From assembly GCA_963744145.1 (NCBI GenBank), contig CAVUSO010000001.1:5280001-5344000 (forward strand): a stretch of DNA of 64,000 nt, in the 5' to 3' direction. The notes under the pieces are model-generated. The model was given only the letters and a program-made list of their open reading frames with translations, did no database searches and was not told the origin of the DNA. The first letter of the stretch is position 1. Each line of letters opens with the position of its first letter. The DNA is from an uncultured cyanobacterium. GTDB lineage: Bacteria; Cyanobacteriota; Cyanobacteriia; Cyanobacteriales; CAWUOF01. The translations under genes and the position numbers were made by a program. Positions 1 to 10,533 of the stretch are shown piece by piece.

Positions 1-1795
1 GTTGCAAATCTTGATAGGGATCTTGTGCTGCTTCCGGATTGTTTGAGGAAAGTCTCAACCCAAAAGTATCAATTACATAAATCAGACGATCTATTGGCGT
101 GGTAGTATTTTGAAAGCGAATGGTGAGATGCTGCTGATCAAACGGGTAATCATGGAGGTCAAATGGAGTTTTGAACTCGCCATGAATTTGATACAACCGA
201 TAGTTGAGTCCGTCGATCTTGCTCGTTTCTAAGGGTGTATCTGGATTAAACAGTGGTTGACTGAGCGATAGACTCGTGCCACTGGGAAACTTAATATTGG
301 TTGGATCGGCACCGTTAGGATAGCGAAACCATAGATAAAAATCAACAGTGAAGCTTGATTTGCGCTGATCTACTTGGCTAATCTCATTGATATCAATGCC
401 TGTATAAACCACATTCTGTCTCCAGAAATAGATATTCCCTATCTGCACTATCCTTCCAGCTTGCAATTCACGCGGTATATTCACCCGATCTGGATTAAAG
501 ATGGTTTCAAACTGCTGGGGTGCTGAGACAAATGTACGTTTCTGGAATTGAGCTATCTTGACTGGCTGATCGCTATCACGAGTGGCATTAAAATACAGGA
601 GACCAGTTTGACCACTGGGTGCGACCTTGCGGCTATGAATCTGTTTAAGGGCATCGTAAACCCGTTGGCGATCTTGATCTCGACTACTGGTAGTCGCTTG
701 GAGATGGGCATTCCGAATTGCTTCAATCGCTAGAATAGTCGCCTCATAATACTTTGTGCCCACATAGGAAGGTATTTTGCCGTAGTTTTTTTGATAGGTA
801 TCCGCAAATTTTTGAGCATCAATACCTGCACTATCAAACAACAAGGGAGCCGTAGCATAAATGTCATCAGTAAAAAATCCTGGTTGCTGTTTTTCCTCTG
901 GATATTCGTGAAAACGGTTGGCAAAGTCTTCTCTAGAAAGTGCCTGTCCTACCATGATTGGCAGTTTTAAGCCCTTCCTTTTCATCGCAACCAATAACTT
1001 TTCTGCTTCTTTCTCACCACGCATTGATAGATAAACAATTCCAGGATTAGGATCGGCAGCTAGTTCGTTGACGATCACCTGAATTGACTGATCCTTTCGT
1101 TGAGAATTGTTATCAATCGTGAGTTTGCGTTTAATGGTGCCACCGCTCTTGGTAAACGGGATCTCAAATTCTTCGGCTAACTTTTCCCCATACTTTTCAT
1201 ACTGAATGATGGTGGCATTATTGAGGCGGAGAACCAGGTTAGCATAGACACCAAGGACAGTGTTCAGGGTTGATCGAGTGTAGGTGTTCCGGAAATAGTA
1301 TGGATTATTGAGGGTGACACTATCGGTGTTGGCTGTACCCGTAATTGCGCTGAGGTGAGCTGCTTGATAAATTTCTCCCGCAGATTCACAAGATGCGGCT
1401 GTACGATGTCCTAACAAAACTACTGATGGACTATTAACAATTTCTGATGCTCGTTGTTTGGCAACTTTTTCATCGGCTCGATCATCAAATGTCAACAGTT
1501 TGATCGGATGTCCATCGATCCCACCCTTGGTGTTAACAGTATCAAGGTACATTTGCACGCTATGTACCATTTCTTCGCCAGCGATCGCTTCGTCTCCGCT
1601 TAACGGCGCTGCCAACGCGATGGAAATAGGAAAGTTATTTATCTTACTAAAAATAGCAGATATCAGCCCGAATAAAACAATTACCATGAGACCCCCAACT
1701 AATGCGATCACTCCATACCGCACTCGACGGTTCATGCTTTTAAACCAGGAAACCGCTTTTGAGCAGAATTCAAAAATCTGCTGGATCATAAACAT
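1..1795 (-). CDS. Membrane protein with a LivJ/PBP1-like ligand-binding domain followed by a pentameric ligand-gated ion channel (Cys-loop)-like extracellular domain; 3' end lies outside the window
   Basis: Hand translation of most of the minus-strand frame from ATG 1795 found no stop. It gives a TM segment (GVIALVGGLMVIVLFGLISAIF), then ISIALAAPLSG...GGIDGHPIKLLTFDD (PBP1 type), then VYTGIDINEISQVD..SFTVDFYLWFRY and FDLHDYPFDQQHL (pLGIC ECD motifs). Absent from the ORF track because the stop is outside the window. Confidence 0.8.
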   Translation of the reverse strand, partial: MFMIQQIFEFCSKAVSWFKSMNRRVRYGVIALVGGLMVIVLFGLISAIFSKINNFPISIALAAPLSGDEAIAGEEMVHSVQMYLDTVNTKGGIDGHPIKLLTFDDRADEKVAKQRASEIVNSPSVVLLGHRTAASCESAGEIYQAAHLSAITGTANTDSVTLNNPYYFRNTYTRSTLNTVLGVYANLVLRLNNATIIQYEKYGEKLAEEFEIPFTKSGGTIKRKLTIDNNSQRKDQSIQVIVNELAADPNPGIVYLSMRGEKEAEKLLVAMKRKGLKLPIMVGQALSREDFANRFHEYPEEKQQPGFFTDDIYATAPLLFDSAGIDAQKFADTYQKNYGKIPSYVGTKYYEATILAIEAIRNAHLQATTSSRDQDRQRVYDALKQIHSRKVAPSGQTGLLYFNATRDSDQPVKIAQFQKRTFVSAPQQFETIFNPDRVNIPRELQAGRIVQIGNIYFWRQNVVYTGIDINEISQVDQRKSSFTVDFYLWFRYPNGADPTNIKFPSGTSLSLSQPLFNPDTPLETSKIDGLNYRLYQIHGEFKTPFDLHDYPFDQQHLTIRFQNTTTPIDRLIYVIDTFGLRLSSNNPEAAQDPYQDLQ

Positions 1796-2112
1796 TCCTT
1801 TCAAACTATGGGGTCATCACTAGAGTAAAATCTTACTCCTTTCCTGCTAGAAGATCACATAACTATATCTATATATCACGGTAAGTAATTTTATGGTTGG
1901 AAGAGAGTAGGTTGAATAATTTCACACACAACCCGAATATTAAATGGTTAGATTTTTAATGGAATATTTGAGTGAACACCAACATCATCTACTGAAAAGA
2001 GCAGGCGAATGGGTTTTTGATAGATCGCGATCGCATTAACTAAACTTAATCAATATGGACAGTAGTTTAAGGTTTCACTGTCTATTTTTGTCAGCAGGTC
2101 TTTTTGTATATA

Positions 2113-2234
2113 AGACCTCTTGCAAAAGTCCTTATTCATCTATTTATTGACAGGCAAGATGCCTGTCCCACCAGAAAAAATCACTTTTGTGGGACAGGCA
2201 TCTTGCCTGTCCTATTTATTTTTGCAAGAGGTCT
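2113..2234. mobile_element. 122-bp MITE, copy 1 (TIR AGACCTCTTGCAAAA) containing an inverted pair of REP-like hairpins
   Basis: Terminal inverted repeats agacctcttgcaaaa/ttttgcaagaggtct; internal gacaggcaagatgcctgtcccac ... gtgggacaggcatcttgcctgtc; near-identical reverse-complement copy at 32197-32318. Confidence 0.85.
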
Positions 2235-2300
2235 ATAGAACATCATCTCACTTCCATGCTACACTCCTCAATACCTACCTGACCTGAATCCTTACGTTTT

Positions 2301-2591
2301 GCTAATTCAGTCCAAGGTCAGATATTACCCGATCGCACTCTCCCCAATCATATAGTTATTCACTCAAATCAAAATATTAATGGTGAGGGGATTTTGGTAG
2401 ATTGAAGCGATCGGGAACCTCAAGATCATGAGCAGCTTAAAAAAGCTTTAATATTGACTAATCCTCAACCAGAACTAGTCGAAGCTAATGGATGGGTAAT
2501 TAAAAGTAATGGTCAGGTCAAATTGGTGCCAGATTCATCGAAATTTACTAACCACAATTTTTGGTTTCAACCGCTCCAATGTCGTGGATAA
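2301..2591 (+). pseudogene. Collapsed remnant of a filamentous-haemagglutinin/S-layer-family exoprotein gene
   Basis: Reads ANSVQGQILPDRTLPN (N-terminal TPS-like start) and, after stops, PELVEANGWVIKSNGQVKLV...C (typical C-terminal tail of cyanobacterial FHA-family proteins). Confidence 0.55.
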
Positions 2592-2614
2592 TTTGCAGAG
2601 CGATCGCATCTAAT

Positions 2615-3631
2615 TCAAATTTCATAGTAAATGGGAAAAGCTTTAGCATCTTTCGGCTTAACATAGACTGGTTGTTGAGGTTGCAACTGTAACTCATCAA
2701 ACCGTTCACGGGTCAGGTTAGCTGTGAGGATTTGACCATCATCTAAAATTAATTCAGCCTGAATTTCCCAACCTAAATGAATCAGACGATTAACTCTAGC
2801 AGCAACAGTAGAACCATTTGGTTGATTGGAAATTAAAATATCATGGGGACGTAAATAAACCTGTGGTTGAGCTGAATCAAACCCATTATCTTGAAAAATT
2901 GGCGCACTACTGGGGAGAACATTGACCGGTCCAATAAAACTCATCACAAATGCACTAGCAGGATGATCATAAATTTCTGCTGGTTTACCCATTTGTTCAA
3001 TTTTACCTTTATTGGTAATGACAATTTCATCAGCAACTTCCATGGCTTCTTCTTGGTCATGGGTAACAAATACTGTAGTCACATGAACTTCGTCATGTAG
3101 ATGTCTTAACCAAGCCCGTAAGTCTTTCCGCACCTTAGCATCTAAAGCTCCAAAAGGTTCGTCTAGTAGTAATACTCGGGGTTGTACAGCTAAAGCTCTA
3201 GCTAACGCAACTCGCTGTCTTTGACCACCCGATAGTTGAATTGGGTAGCGATCGCCCAATCCCTTTAATTGAATTAATTCTAACAATTCCTCTACTCTAG
3301 TTTTAATTTTTGCCTGGGGCGCTTTGCGAATTTCCAACCCAAAGGCAATATTTTGACGGACTGTCATGTGCTTAAACAACGCATAATGCTGAAACACAAA
3401 CCCAATATTCCGGTCTTGGACACTTTTATGGGTAGCATCTTCACCGACAATTGATATTTTGCCAGTATCTGGTTTTTCTAAACCAGCGATCAGTCTTAGC
3501 AAAGTAGACTTTCCCGAACCGGAAGGACCCAATAGCGCTACTAATGACCCAGCTTTAATTTCCACACTAACTTGGTCTAGCGCTTGAAAATTGCCAAACC
3601 TTTTCGATACATTCTCAACGATTATGCCCAC
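2615..3631 (-). CDS. cysA: Sulfate/thiosulfate ABC transporter ATP-binding protein
   Basis: Walker [41 protein letters not shown]-terminal TOBE-like region; GTG start at 3631 preferred. Confidence 0.92.
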   Translation of the reverse strand: MGIIVENVSKRFGNFQALDQVSVEIKAGSLVALLGPSGSGKSTLLRLIAGLEKPDTGKISIVGEDATHKSVQDRNIGFVFQHYALFKHMTVRQNIAFGLEIRKAPQAKIKTRVEELLELIQLKGLGDRYPIQLSGGQRQRVALARALAVQPRVLLLDEPFGALDAKVRKDLRAWLRHLHDEVHVTTVFVTHDQEEAMEVADEIVITNKGKIEQMGKPAEIYDHPASAFVMSFIGPVNVLPSSAPIFQDNGFDSAQPQVYLRPHDILISNQPNGSTVAARVNRLIHLGWEIQAELILDDGQILTANLTRERFDELQLQPQQPVYVKPKDAKAFPIYYEI

Positions 3632-3962
3632 GATGATAGACCTGTGAATCTTCAAATTTTGACTAGATTGAAACTTGCAAAACTGACCCTCTCCGTCAAG
3701 ACTTATTCATTCCGAGACTAGACCGGATTAGTCGGTAACTTCTAGATGACCTGATTTTTAGATCAAAATCTTCTATTTATCTATTGGTTTACAGTAGTAT
3801 AGAGCATAACTACTAAGGTTTGGCAATTTTTTCATTGAGAAAATTGTGTTAAGGACTATTTCAATTTGGTTGAATCAGACACTCTGGGCAAACAAGGCCA
3901 AAAACTCCGTGGTAATATTTCTCCCATAAACCTAACGGTGAGAGATTTTTAGGAGAAAACCT

Positions 3963-5183
3963 TTGGTACTACGGGTTGCTGTTGTTGGCTCAGGACCGGC
4001 TGGCGCTTCTGCTGCCGAGACATTGGCAAAAGCTGGAATCGAAACTTACCTATTTGAACGCAAATTAGATAATGCCAAGCCTTGTGGTGGGGCAATTCCT
4101 CTCTGCATGGTCAGCGAGTTTGATCTGCCGCCTCATATTATTGATCGGCGGGTGCGAAAAATGAAAATGATTTCCCCCTCCAATATCGAAGTAGATATCA
4201 AACTCGAAAACGAAGATGAATACATCGGGATGTGTAGAAGGGAAGTGCTAGATGGGTTCCTACGCGATCGTGCGGCTAGTTTAGGAGCTCATCTCATTAA
4301 CGGCACTGTCCATAAACTCGACATCCCCACCAACAATCTTGATCCCTACACCATTCATTATGCTGACCATAGTAATGGCCAAATGGCAGGGGTAATTAAA
4401 ACCCTCAAAGTTGATCTCGTCATTGGTGCTGATGGTGCTAATTCTCGCATCGCTAAAGAAATTGATGCGGGAGACTATAACTATGCGATCGCTTTCCAAG
4501 AACGCATTCGTTTACCAGAAGACAAAATGGCTTTCTACCAGGATTTGGCGGAAATGTATGTTGGTAACGATGTTTCCCCAGACTTTTATGCTTGGGTATT
4601 TCCCAAATATGACCATGTAGCCGTAGGTACGGGCACCATGAAGGTCAACAAAGCCAAAATCAAAGATTTGCAAGCAGGGATTCGGGCTAGAGCTGCTCGC
4701 AAGTTAGCTGGTGGCACAATTATTAAAGTTGAAGCTCATCCCATTCCCGAACATCCGCGTCCGCGTCGTGTTGTGGGTCGAGTAGCTTTAGTGGGAGATG
4801 CTGCGGGCTATGTAACTAAATCATCTGGTGAAGGCATTTATTTTGCTGCTAAATCTGGTCGGATCTGTGCTGAAACTATTTTGGAAGTATCAAACCAGGG
4901 TACAAAAATTCCTACTGAAGCAGAGATTCAGCTTTACGTGAAGCGTTGGGATAAAAAATACGGTCTGACCTACAAGGTGCTTGATCTTCTTCAGACAGTT
5001 TTTTATCGTTCCGATGCGACTAGAGAAGCTTTTGTGGAAATGTGTGCTGACTTGGATGTCCAGAGACTTACCTTTGATAGCTATTTATATAAAACAGTTG
5101 TACCTGCTAATCCTCTGGTCCAACTCAAGATTACCGCAAAAACCATTGGTAGTCTGCTTCGTGGTAATGCTTTAGCACCCTAA
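3963..5183 (+). CDS. chlP: Geranylgeranyl reductase
   Basis: GSGPAG FAD motif, NAKPCGGAIP, SGEGIYFAAKSG, C-terminal LLRGNALAP. Confidence 0.97.
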   Translation: MVLRVAVVGSGPAGASAAETLAKAGIETYLFERKLDNAKPCGGAIPLCMVSEFDLPPHIIDRRVRKMKMISPSNIEVDIKLENEDEYIGMCRREVLDGFLRDRAASLGAHLINGTVHKLDIPTNNLDPYTIHYADHSNGQMAGVIKTLKVDLVIGADGANSRIAKEIDAGDYNYAIAFQERIRLPEDKMAFYQDLAEMYVGNDVSPDFYAWVFPKYDHVAVGTGTMKVNKAKIKDLQAGIRARAARKLAGGTIIKVEAHPIPEHPRPRRVVGRVALVGDAAGYVTKSSGEGIYFAAKSGRICAETILEVSNQGTKIPTEAEIQLYVKRWDKKYGLTYKVLDLLQTVFYRSDATREAFVEMCADLDVQRLTFDSYLYKTVVPANPLVQLKITAKTIGSLLRGNALAP

Positions 5184-5277
5184 TTTGTTAATAGCACCAA
5201 TCAGACCAAATAACTTGGCCTGGTTGGTGACTAAAAATGAGCAAATCGGCCAGAAAAATCGCTCAAATCTAGATTAT

Positions 5278-6045
5278 TTAATCAAGAACCGTTTCTTTTT
5301 CCGTCTCTGTGGTTTCTTCCGTTAACTCAGAAGATGGGTTGCTGCTTGGTAATTCTAAGCAATATCCTGCACCATAAACAGTTTTAATGTAACGGGGATG
5401 GCGAGGTTCAGGTTCTAGTTTGGTTCGCAAATGTCTGACATGAACCCGAATGGTTTCAATATCATCATCGGGATCATAACCCCAGACTTCCTTGAGAATT
5501 TCACTAGGTGAAACAGTTTGACCATGACGTTGTAATAAACAGTGAAGTAACTCAAATTCCAAGTGAGTTAGCTTCACAATTTGATTGAACCAAATCGCTT
5601 CAAATCTTTCTGGTACTAAGGTCAACGGTCCATAGCTGAGAATTTCTGTATGCTTGACTGACTGCGGAATCCGATCTGTGCGTCGTAGCAACGCTCGCAC
5701 TCTGGCCAACATTTCTTCAACTTCAAAGGGTTTAGTTAAATAATCATCGGCACCTGCGTTGAACCCTTCAACTTTATCCTGAGTTTGGCCTAAAGCAGTC
5801 AACATTAATACCGGAATATCCGCCGTTCGCTCATCTCGACGCAACCGTTGGCAAACGGTAAAACCATCGACACGAGGTAGCATCAGGTCTAGCATAATCA
5901 AATCTGGTTGGATTTGAACGGCCAGAGCTTGACCTTTGATCCCATCTTCGGCTTGGATAACTGCGTAGCCACCCATTTCCAGATTGACCGCGACTAATTC
6001 GGAAATTGCAGGGTCATCGTCGATGACGAGTATCCTTGGCATCAT
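5278..6045 (-). CDS. rpaA: OmpR-family response regulator RpaA (circadian output)
   Basis: [17 protein letters not shown]... and [41 protein letters not shown] are characteristic of RpaA. Confidence 0.93.
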   Translation of the reverse strand: MMPRILVIDDDPAISELVAVNLEMGGYAVIQAEDGIKGQALAVQIQPDLIMLDLMLPRVDGFTVCQRLRRDERTADIPVLMLTALGQTQDKVEGFNAGADDYLTKPFEVEEMLARVRALLRRTDRIPQSVKHTEILSYGPLTLVPERFEAIWFNQIVKLTHLEFELLHCLLQRHGQTVSPSEILKEVWGYDPDDDIETIRVHVRHLRTKLEPEPRHPRYIKTVYGAGYCLELPSSNPSSELTEETTETEKETVLD

Positions 6046-6363
6046 TAAAAAGCTTATGCTAAGTGTGTTTTTGCTTGGTATGGATTGAGAAATTTTTTAG
6101 GAATACGAATAATCCTATAGAAATTATAAACTAATATTTTAAATAATTTCTTAATAACTGTTTTTTGAGACAACCATTTTTCCTACCTCACCTTTGGACA
6201 TCTCTCAATTATTGGTGATCTGGTGATTTCTCTGTCCTTGGATTTGCTTAATTTAGCTGGGGATCGGTAAAGATGATCGCTAATTCGTAGCACAGGATAC
6301 TTATGTGCTTTAAATTGATGATAATTCCATGATTTACTTTTTAATATTTATTCAATTAGTTAT

Positions 6364-7581
6364 TTAAATCAAATGGGCGTTTTTGAGTTCTTGCAGCGCG
6401 ATCGCGAGTTTTTCATATTGCGTCAAGTGATTATACACCTGTGCTGAAATCCGGATCAGACGTTTAGGGGCAGATGGCCAAAAAATGATCGGGACTTCAA
6501 TCTGAAACTTTTCCCACAGAGCATTTTGTAAATAGGGAATTAATTCTGTCTCTGGCTGAGTTCCATTGGTTAAAGGAATTGATGCCATTGCTCCAATCAT
6601 TTCATCTGGACAAGGAATATCTAACCCCAAACTATAACAGATCAGGCGACGGGCATTAATGGCCATGAGATGATTTTTCGCCATTAATTCTGACCAACCA
6701 CCAGGATATAGCGATCCCATGAAGTCGATCGCGATCGGTACAGATAAATAAGGTGAGGGATCAGTAGTCCCCATCCAATCGAATTCTAGGTGAAAGCGAG
6801 ACCGATCGCGGCGAGAGGAGTTAGCACCATGACTAATAGTAGTTGGTCGAATGGTTGTTTGCCGATCGCGTTGGACATACAAAAATGCTGCTCCTTTAGG
6901 GGCACATAACCATTTATGACAGTTACCTGTATAGTAAGTAGCACCGATTTTGGCCAGATTTAGGGGCAACATTCCTGGTGCATGGGCACCATCGACGAGG
7001 AGGTCAATTCCTTTGCTAGTTAATTCTTGAGCTAATTCGGCGATCGGAAAAATTAACCCCGTCTGACTGGTGACATGATCCAAGAGTGCTAATCTAGTTT
7101 TGGGAGTAACACATGGCATGATCGCTGCTCTAATTTGCTGGGGATGGGCGATCGGGAAAGGAATTTTCGCGACTACCACTTTTGCCCCACTGTGGGCAGC
7201 GATAAAATTTAGCACGTTAGCAGAGGCATTATATTCGTGATCGGTGGTGAGTAATTCATCACCAGGTTGGAATTGGAGCGATCGCAATACAGCATTAATT
7301 CCGGTAGTAGCATTAGGAACAAACACTAAATCCTGTGCATCTACACCAATAAATGTCGCTAGGTGAACTCGAGCAACATCAAGTAAAGGTTCGAGTTCCC
7401 TAATAAAAAAACTTACTGGTTCTTGTTCAATTTGTTGACGTATTTTTTGTTGCGCGGTCAATACTGGTAAAGGACAAGCTCCAAAAGAACCGTGATTGAG
7501 AAAAGTTACCTTTGGATCAAAAGACCAATATTTGCCATGATTTGTCCCAGAATCAACGATTACAGAAGCACTAGAAAGCAT
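6364..7581 (-). CDS. Aminotransferase class V PLP enzyme (isopenicillin N epimerase/cysteine desulfurase-like)
   Basis: FLNHGSFG, VDGAHAPG, GNCHKWLCAPKG PLP-lysine motif. Confidence 0.9.
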   Translation of the reverse strand: MLSSASVIVDSGTNHGKYWSFDPKVTFLNHGSFGACPLPVLTAQQKIRQQIEQEPVSFFIRELEPLLDVARVHLATFIGVDAQDLVFVPNATTGINAVLRSLQFQPGDELLTTDHEYNASANVLNFIAAHSGAKVVVAKIPFPIAHPQQIRAAIMPCVTPKTRLALLDHVTSQTGLIFPIAELAQELTSKGIDLLVDGAHAPGMLPLNLAKIGATYYTGNCHKWLCAPKGAAFLYVQRDRQTTIRPTTISHGANSSRRDRSRFHLEFDWMGTTDPSPYLSVPIAIDFMGSLYPGGWSELMAKNHLMAINARRLICYSLGLDIPCPDEMIGAMASIPLTNGTQPETELIPYLQNALWEKFQIEVPIIFWPSAPKRLIRISAQVYNHLTQYEKLAIALQELKNAHLI

Positions 7582-7662
7582 AGTGGATTTCCAGAATTAA
7601 AAAAAACAAACCTATGTACAAGCTGCACACAGGTAAAAAAAATCCTATATTGATTTAGTTAG

Positions 7663-8442
7663 TTACTTATTCTGTGGGTTATTAGGATCTACTGGCTGAC
7701 CATCACGAAATATGCCCGCAGTTTGCTTACCAGAAGCATCAGTCAGGACACCTTGACCATGAGGACGACCTTGACGTAACTCTCCTTTATAGTGAATTCC
7801 ACCAGGAAAGGTACAATCTCCTCGTCCATCAAGTGCAGCATTAAAAAACTCTGCTTGACAAGTAGTTCCATCTTTGCGGGTCAGGACACCTTGACCACGA
7901 GGATTACCAGCGAAAAACTCTCCTGTGTAGCGATCGCCATTAGCAAAGGTGAATGTTCCTAGTCCGTGGGGCTGAGTGCTAATTTTTTTAGTATCTACAA
8001 TTTCGACAACCTCAAAAGTACCTTCGTATGTGTCACCGTTTTTAAAAGTAGTTTTTCCTTTTTTGAAAAGACCATTCTCAAATGTTCCTTCATAACGAGC
8101 ATCATCTTTAAAGATAAATAGACCATTACCGTTAAATAGTCCATTGCTAAACTGACCTTCATAGCGATTACCATTAGCGTAAACATACACTCCCGTCCCA
8201 TCGGGTTTACCATTCCGAAAGCCTCCTACATAATAATCAGCATTTTTGTAGGTGCATTTTACGTTCCCCGTCGATACATTAGGTTCACAGTTTGGTTTAC
8301 CAGGATCAGTTCCATCAGCTAGGGACGGAAGAGTATGATTGGTGTAACTTCCTAGTTCAAATATTGATGTAACTAGGAAAATTAGTCCAAGTTTTTTAGT
8401 TAATTTCATCATCACTAAAATTCTCCAAGGAAATATTTTCAA
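7663..8442 (-). CDS. MORN-repeat protein, probably exported
   Basis: Repeated YxGxFxNGxxxGxG units and a hydrophobic N-terminus. Confidence 0.9.
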   Translation of the reverse strand: MKIFPWRILVMMKLTKKLGLIFLVTSIFELGSYTNHTLPSLADGTDPGKPNCEPNVSTGNVKCTYKNADYYVGGFRNGKPDGTGVYVYANGNRYEGQFSNGLFNGNGLFIFKDDARYEGTFENGLFKKGKTTFKNGDTYEGTFEVVEIVDTKKISTQPHGLGTFTFANGDRYTGEFFAGNPRGQGVLTRKDGTTCQAEFFNAALDGRGDCTFPGGIHYKGELRQGRPHGQGVLTDASGKQTAGIFRDGQPVDPNNPQNK

Positions 8443-8546
8443 GCTTGGCTGAATCGCGAAAAATAGTTATTGAAATTGATTGTCACAAATTTTGAGCAGA
8501 CTAACAATTAGCATCCTGTAATTGAGCATTAATGACCGAATAACAA

Positions 8547-9155
8547 CTAATTTGGGGTCTTGGGAACTGGAGACAGATCGACACTGGGAGTTTCTGGTGA
8601 TGAGGACTGGCTAGAAGGTAGAGATAGTTCTATATTAGGACCACGATCATAGATTTCGATATCCCATTGTCCTCCTCGATTATATTCAAAAGCTACAAAT
8701 CGCCCATTACCGCTAATCGTGGGATGACGAATTTCCCCGGGAAAATTATTAGTGATCGGTTCGGAACGAAAGGTTTGCCGATCATATATAAATACATCTG
8801 GTTTACCTCTTTGTTCAGATACATAAACAATGTAGCGACCGTCAGCACTAAGGTCAGGCTGATCTTGCATCACATTAGGTAAATTGAGACCAGGTAGAGC
8901 CACTAGACGACGTTGTTGTACATCGTAGAGAAATATATTCCGCTCATAATTACGGTCTGATGTAAATATCAGATAGTGACCATCATAGGAAAACCTGGGA
9001 TATCCTTCATTAGCTTTGCTATTCAGAGTTGCTCCCCAATCTTGTGGTGGTGGTGTGAGCCAACGGGAATCACTACATCCATTTATGCCTACCAAGAAAG
9101 CGGCAAAAACTGGCAGATCCCATTTCCAGGTTTTCCCGAACAGTTTTGGGAACAT
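8547..9155 (-). CDS. TolB-like PD40-repeat lipoprotein
   Basis: Lipobox-like INGC; PxxSxDGxYxxFxS repeats. Confidence 0.85.
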   Translation of the reverse strand: MFPKLFGKTWKWDLPVFAAFLVGINGCSDSRWLTPPPQDWGATLNSKANEGYPRFSYDGHYLIFTSDRNYERNIFLYDVQQRRLVALPGLNLPNVMQDQPDLSADGRYIVYVSEQRGKPDVFIYDRQTFRSEPITNNFPGEIRHPTISGNGRFVAFEYNRGGQWDIEIYDRGPNIELSLPSSQSSSPETPSVDLSPVPKTPN

Positions 9156-9162
9156 TGTCTGA

Positions 9163-10272
9163 TTAAGCAGGAGTCAAGAGACTGCTTGGTTGGGAGGGAT
9201 TATGTGGGGTTGACTTACCAGGAGCATCTGAAGTTCCTGATGTGGTTGGTTTTTCCCCAATAGTTTTGGCTACTTCAATTCCATTTTGTTCCAAAATTAC
9301 CACTGGATCTCCACCGGGATTCATTTCCACCCGTTTGATAATTACTTGACCATTGGCTAGCTTTTGGCCTACAGAAACATATCTAGTGGTAAGTTCATTT
9401 GGTGCTCGGACAATAACTTGTGTGGTATTTCCTACTTGGACAACACCGCTCACTTCCGTAGCTCTGGCCAAATCTGGTTGGGGGATAGCAGGTAATTTGG
9501 GCACATTCGGTCCAGATGGATTAGTAGCAACATCAGGTTTTGGTGGAAGTGGTAGTTCTGGTAAATTGGGAATATTCACCTCCGGCACCTTGGGCAAATT
9601 TGGTCTACTAGGAGCGCTAGGCTTCCTGCTGATTTTAGGTTTGTTTCCAGATGATAAAGGTGCCTCGCTAGGTTTGGGTTTGTTTCCAGATGATAAAGGT
9701 CCTCCGCTAGGTTTGGGTTTGTTTCCAGATGATAAAGGTCCTCCGCTAGGTTTGGACACTTCAGGTGGTAAAGGTAGTTCGGGTAAATTTGGGAGTGAGA
9801 CAACTGACTGATTGGGTATTTTTGGACCTTTGGGGCCACCAGACAGATTAGGAAGTTCTGGTGGTAGAGGTAGTTCTGGTAGAGATGGCAATTGCTGGGG
9901 ATTTTGCTTGGGTAGTTGTAGCTGATTAGGAAGATTAGGGCTTTGACCAGCTCCGAGTTTCGGTGGAACCGGTTTCAGGTCAATGGGTAATCCAAAGGGA
10001 TTACTTCTTCCTTGCCCAGCTAGTTTGACTCGTTCAAGTGGATTGACCGGTTGAATGAGGTCTGATGCAGCTACAGCAATTTTATCCTGGCCAGAAGCCA
10101 CGGTTGGTTGATTACCAGCGGGGGGCGTTGGTACACTCGCCCCAGTTGTTGGACTGGGGGTAGCTGGACTAGCAGAAGGAGAAGAAGTAGCGGCTGGTGG
10201 GGTACTAGAACATCCACCCAGCAGTAATGCCGTAAGAATTCCTAGATAAACGATCAATGAACTTAGACGCAT
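9163..10272 (-). CDS. Proline-rich lipoprotein with a conserved C-terminal beta domain (PilP-like)
   Basis: Lipobox LLGGC, GRSNPF motif, Pro-rich linker, C-terminal VSGVVQVG...RYVSVGQKLANGQVIIKRVE. Confidence 0.6.
   Translation of the reverse strand: MRLSSLIVYLGILTALLLGGCSSTPPAATSSPSASPATPSPTTGASVPTPPAGNQPTVASGQDKIAVAASDLIQPVNPLERVKLAGQGRSNPFGLPIDLKPVPPKLGAGQSPNLPNQLQLPKQNPQQLPSLPELPLPPELPNLSGGPKGPKIPNQSVVSLPNLPELPLPPEVSKPSGGPLSSGNKPKPSGGPLSSGNKPKPSEAPLSSGNKPKISRKPSAPSRPNLPKVPEVNIPNLPELPLPPKPDVATNPSGPNVPKLPAIPQPDLARATEVSGVVQVGNTTQVIVRAPNELTTRYVSVGQKLANGQVIIKRVEMNPGGDPVVILEQNGIEVAKTIGEKPTTSGTSDAPGKSTPHNPSQPSSLLTPA
9637..9755. repeat. About 3x 39-bp coding tandem repeat (KPKPSGGPLSSGN)
   Basis: Unit aggtttgggtttgtttccagatgataaaggtcctccgct repeated in tandem. 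Confidence 0.9.
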
Positions 10273-10533
10273 GGCTAGTTCCCAATTGGTTTTATTATAA
10301 AATAACTTATCTAACCTTTTTTCCGCTAAAATTAGTAGTTTCCTGCGGGAAAATTAGCTAAAACCACAACTGCACAAATACCTGTTAACCTCAGATCAAA
10401 AGTTGCAGATCGAAGCGATTCCTAAGTTAAACTTAAGGCTAGGTTTACCTGTTTCCTGGCTGATCGCCCAAAAGTGGTTGTTTCTGCTCCAACCTTTTGC
10501 CTTAGTATTGCTATCCAAAACCAAGGAGATTTT

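Noticed and set aside
548..1823. ORFs 548-733, 730-924 and 1458-1823
   Set aside because: They overlap the long minus-strand PBP1/pLGIC frame and are shadow ORFs.
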